This document shows, one piece after another, positions 62,913 to 64,000 of a stretch of DNA of 64,000 nucleotides. Positions within the stretch are counted from its first letter, which is position 1; each line of letters starts with the position of its first letter. Position numbers and translations under genes: made by a program. The notes beneath the pieces were generated by a model that worked only from the letters and a program-made list of their open reading frames with translations, was not told the DNA's origin and did no database searches. The stretch spans positions 346,351 to 410,350 of the forward strand of contig NMRA01000283.1 in the NCBI GenBank assembly GCA_002633005.1, given 5' to 3'. Source of the DNA: Phoronis australis (lineage: Eukaryota; Animalia; Phoronida).

Positions 62913-63564
62913 CTGAAATAATGTAAAGCTCTAGACTCATGCACCTATAACACAAAGCTGGAACAATGATTGTAAGACCAAAAGCTCAGTTGATTCTGGT
63001 CTGCGCCGACTCATTCTGAAACCAATATCCCACTTTTTCAAGAAAAAATAGCACACACAAGCAATAATTTTATAAAGGTATGAAACTTCTTCTCATAAGC
63101 CAAAATGCAAACAAGACTTTAAATGCCGCGGCTTGCCAAGTAAGTCACAATCAGATCCGATTGGTCGCTAGTAACCAAAAGCAGGTAACAGTCACTACCT
63201 GACCCGCATCAGTGCACCAACTTCCAAAAAATAGTACAGACTACAACCAACTATGCTCGTTTTCTTTGAATTAACATGACACCGTTTTCTTCTCAGAAAT
63301 GCTAGGTTACACTTGATGCTGGTTACTAGATTGCGTAAGGATTATTGTTGTGACTGACTCTGATGTCATCTACTTGATGTAATTCCACACAATAAGCTGC
63401 AACACACAGATCAAGGAATTTGATAAGCAGACCATCAGCACCAGATGTTTTAAAAACTAAGTCGGTCACACAACGCATTTTTCTACTCCCGGGAAAAAGA
63501 AAATGCAATTCAGAATTTACACTGCCAGTGATACGTCATAATGATCAGACTGCCCTCTACCTAC

Positions 63565-63724
63565 CAGTGAGCTAACTTGAGCGTTTGGTCAAAGAACTTG
63601 ATGTGACCTGCAGTGTCGCCCGTCACAATGTACTGGTCTGTAGTGGTCAACACATTAACACCTTTCTCTTGAAGTTTCACCAGCTTCAAGGCTTTCTTGT
63701 CAGGGGCTGGCACATCACTGTCAA
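63565..63724 (-). CDS. CFAP251: CFAP251/WDR66 internal exon (most 5' exon visible)
   Basis: tctcag| DSDVPAPDKKALKLVKLQEKGVNVLTTTDQYIVTGDTAGHIKFFDQTLKLAHW |GTAGGT; WD40-like. Not in the ORF track; phase fits the next exon. Confidence 0.85.
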
Positions 63725-64000
63725 CTGAGATAACAAGAACATCTGAGTGTGGAATATGTTAATTAACGCTTAGAAACCAAAAAAGAGCAAGTTTAAGCTG
63801 GGCCTGGTCACCAAACACATACTGTCTTGTACCAGTCACTGGTAAAGGCAACATCTGACAAAAAGTTTTGATAGAAATACATACTGGTTGAAAAACGATG
63901 ACATTCACAACTCCAATGTTAGTAAACAGTTTCTTGCTCCAGGGGCAAGCAAAAAATTTTGTTGGCATTATTTAACAAAATACAGAGAGTCCATTTTACT

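Noticed and set aside
63759-63968. Further CFAP251 exon
   Set aside because: Translation lacks WD40/WDR66-like character and I found no convincing phase-compatible splice sites; the upstream exon is probably beyond the window.

Overview
Eukaryotic (metazoan) genomic DNA: AT-rich, spliceosomal GT-AG introns, and dense in MITEs and SINEs. It most resembles a marine invertebrate, possibly a hemichordate-type deuterostome (taxon is inference only). Two convergent multi-exon genes can be rebuilt by hand with consistent splice phases. (1) On the + strand, a complete 4-exon gene (17318-17833, 35284-35661, 36950-37166, 39035-39225) encodes a ~433-aa stand-alone FAD-dependent monooxygenase-like protein with GxGxxG, DG and GD motifs and an N-terminal hydrophobic anchor; intron 1 is 17.45 kb. 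(2) On the - strand lie the last 14 coding exons of CFAP251/WDR66 (63724 down to the stop at 48533); its 5' part is outside the window. The rest is non-coding: a decayed non-LTR retrotransposon (~14.6-16.1 kb), tRNA-derived SINEs, many MITEs including long foldback palindromes (1.2 kb, ~830 bp, ~290 bp), short tandem duplications, a 223-N gap, and two ~1-kb duplications joined by a single N that are probably uncollapsed allelic contig overlaps. I see no CRISPR, rRNA or intact tRNA. Repeat boundaries are read by eye and are approximate.
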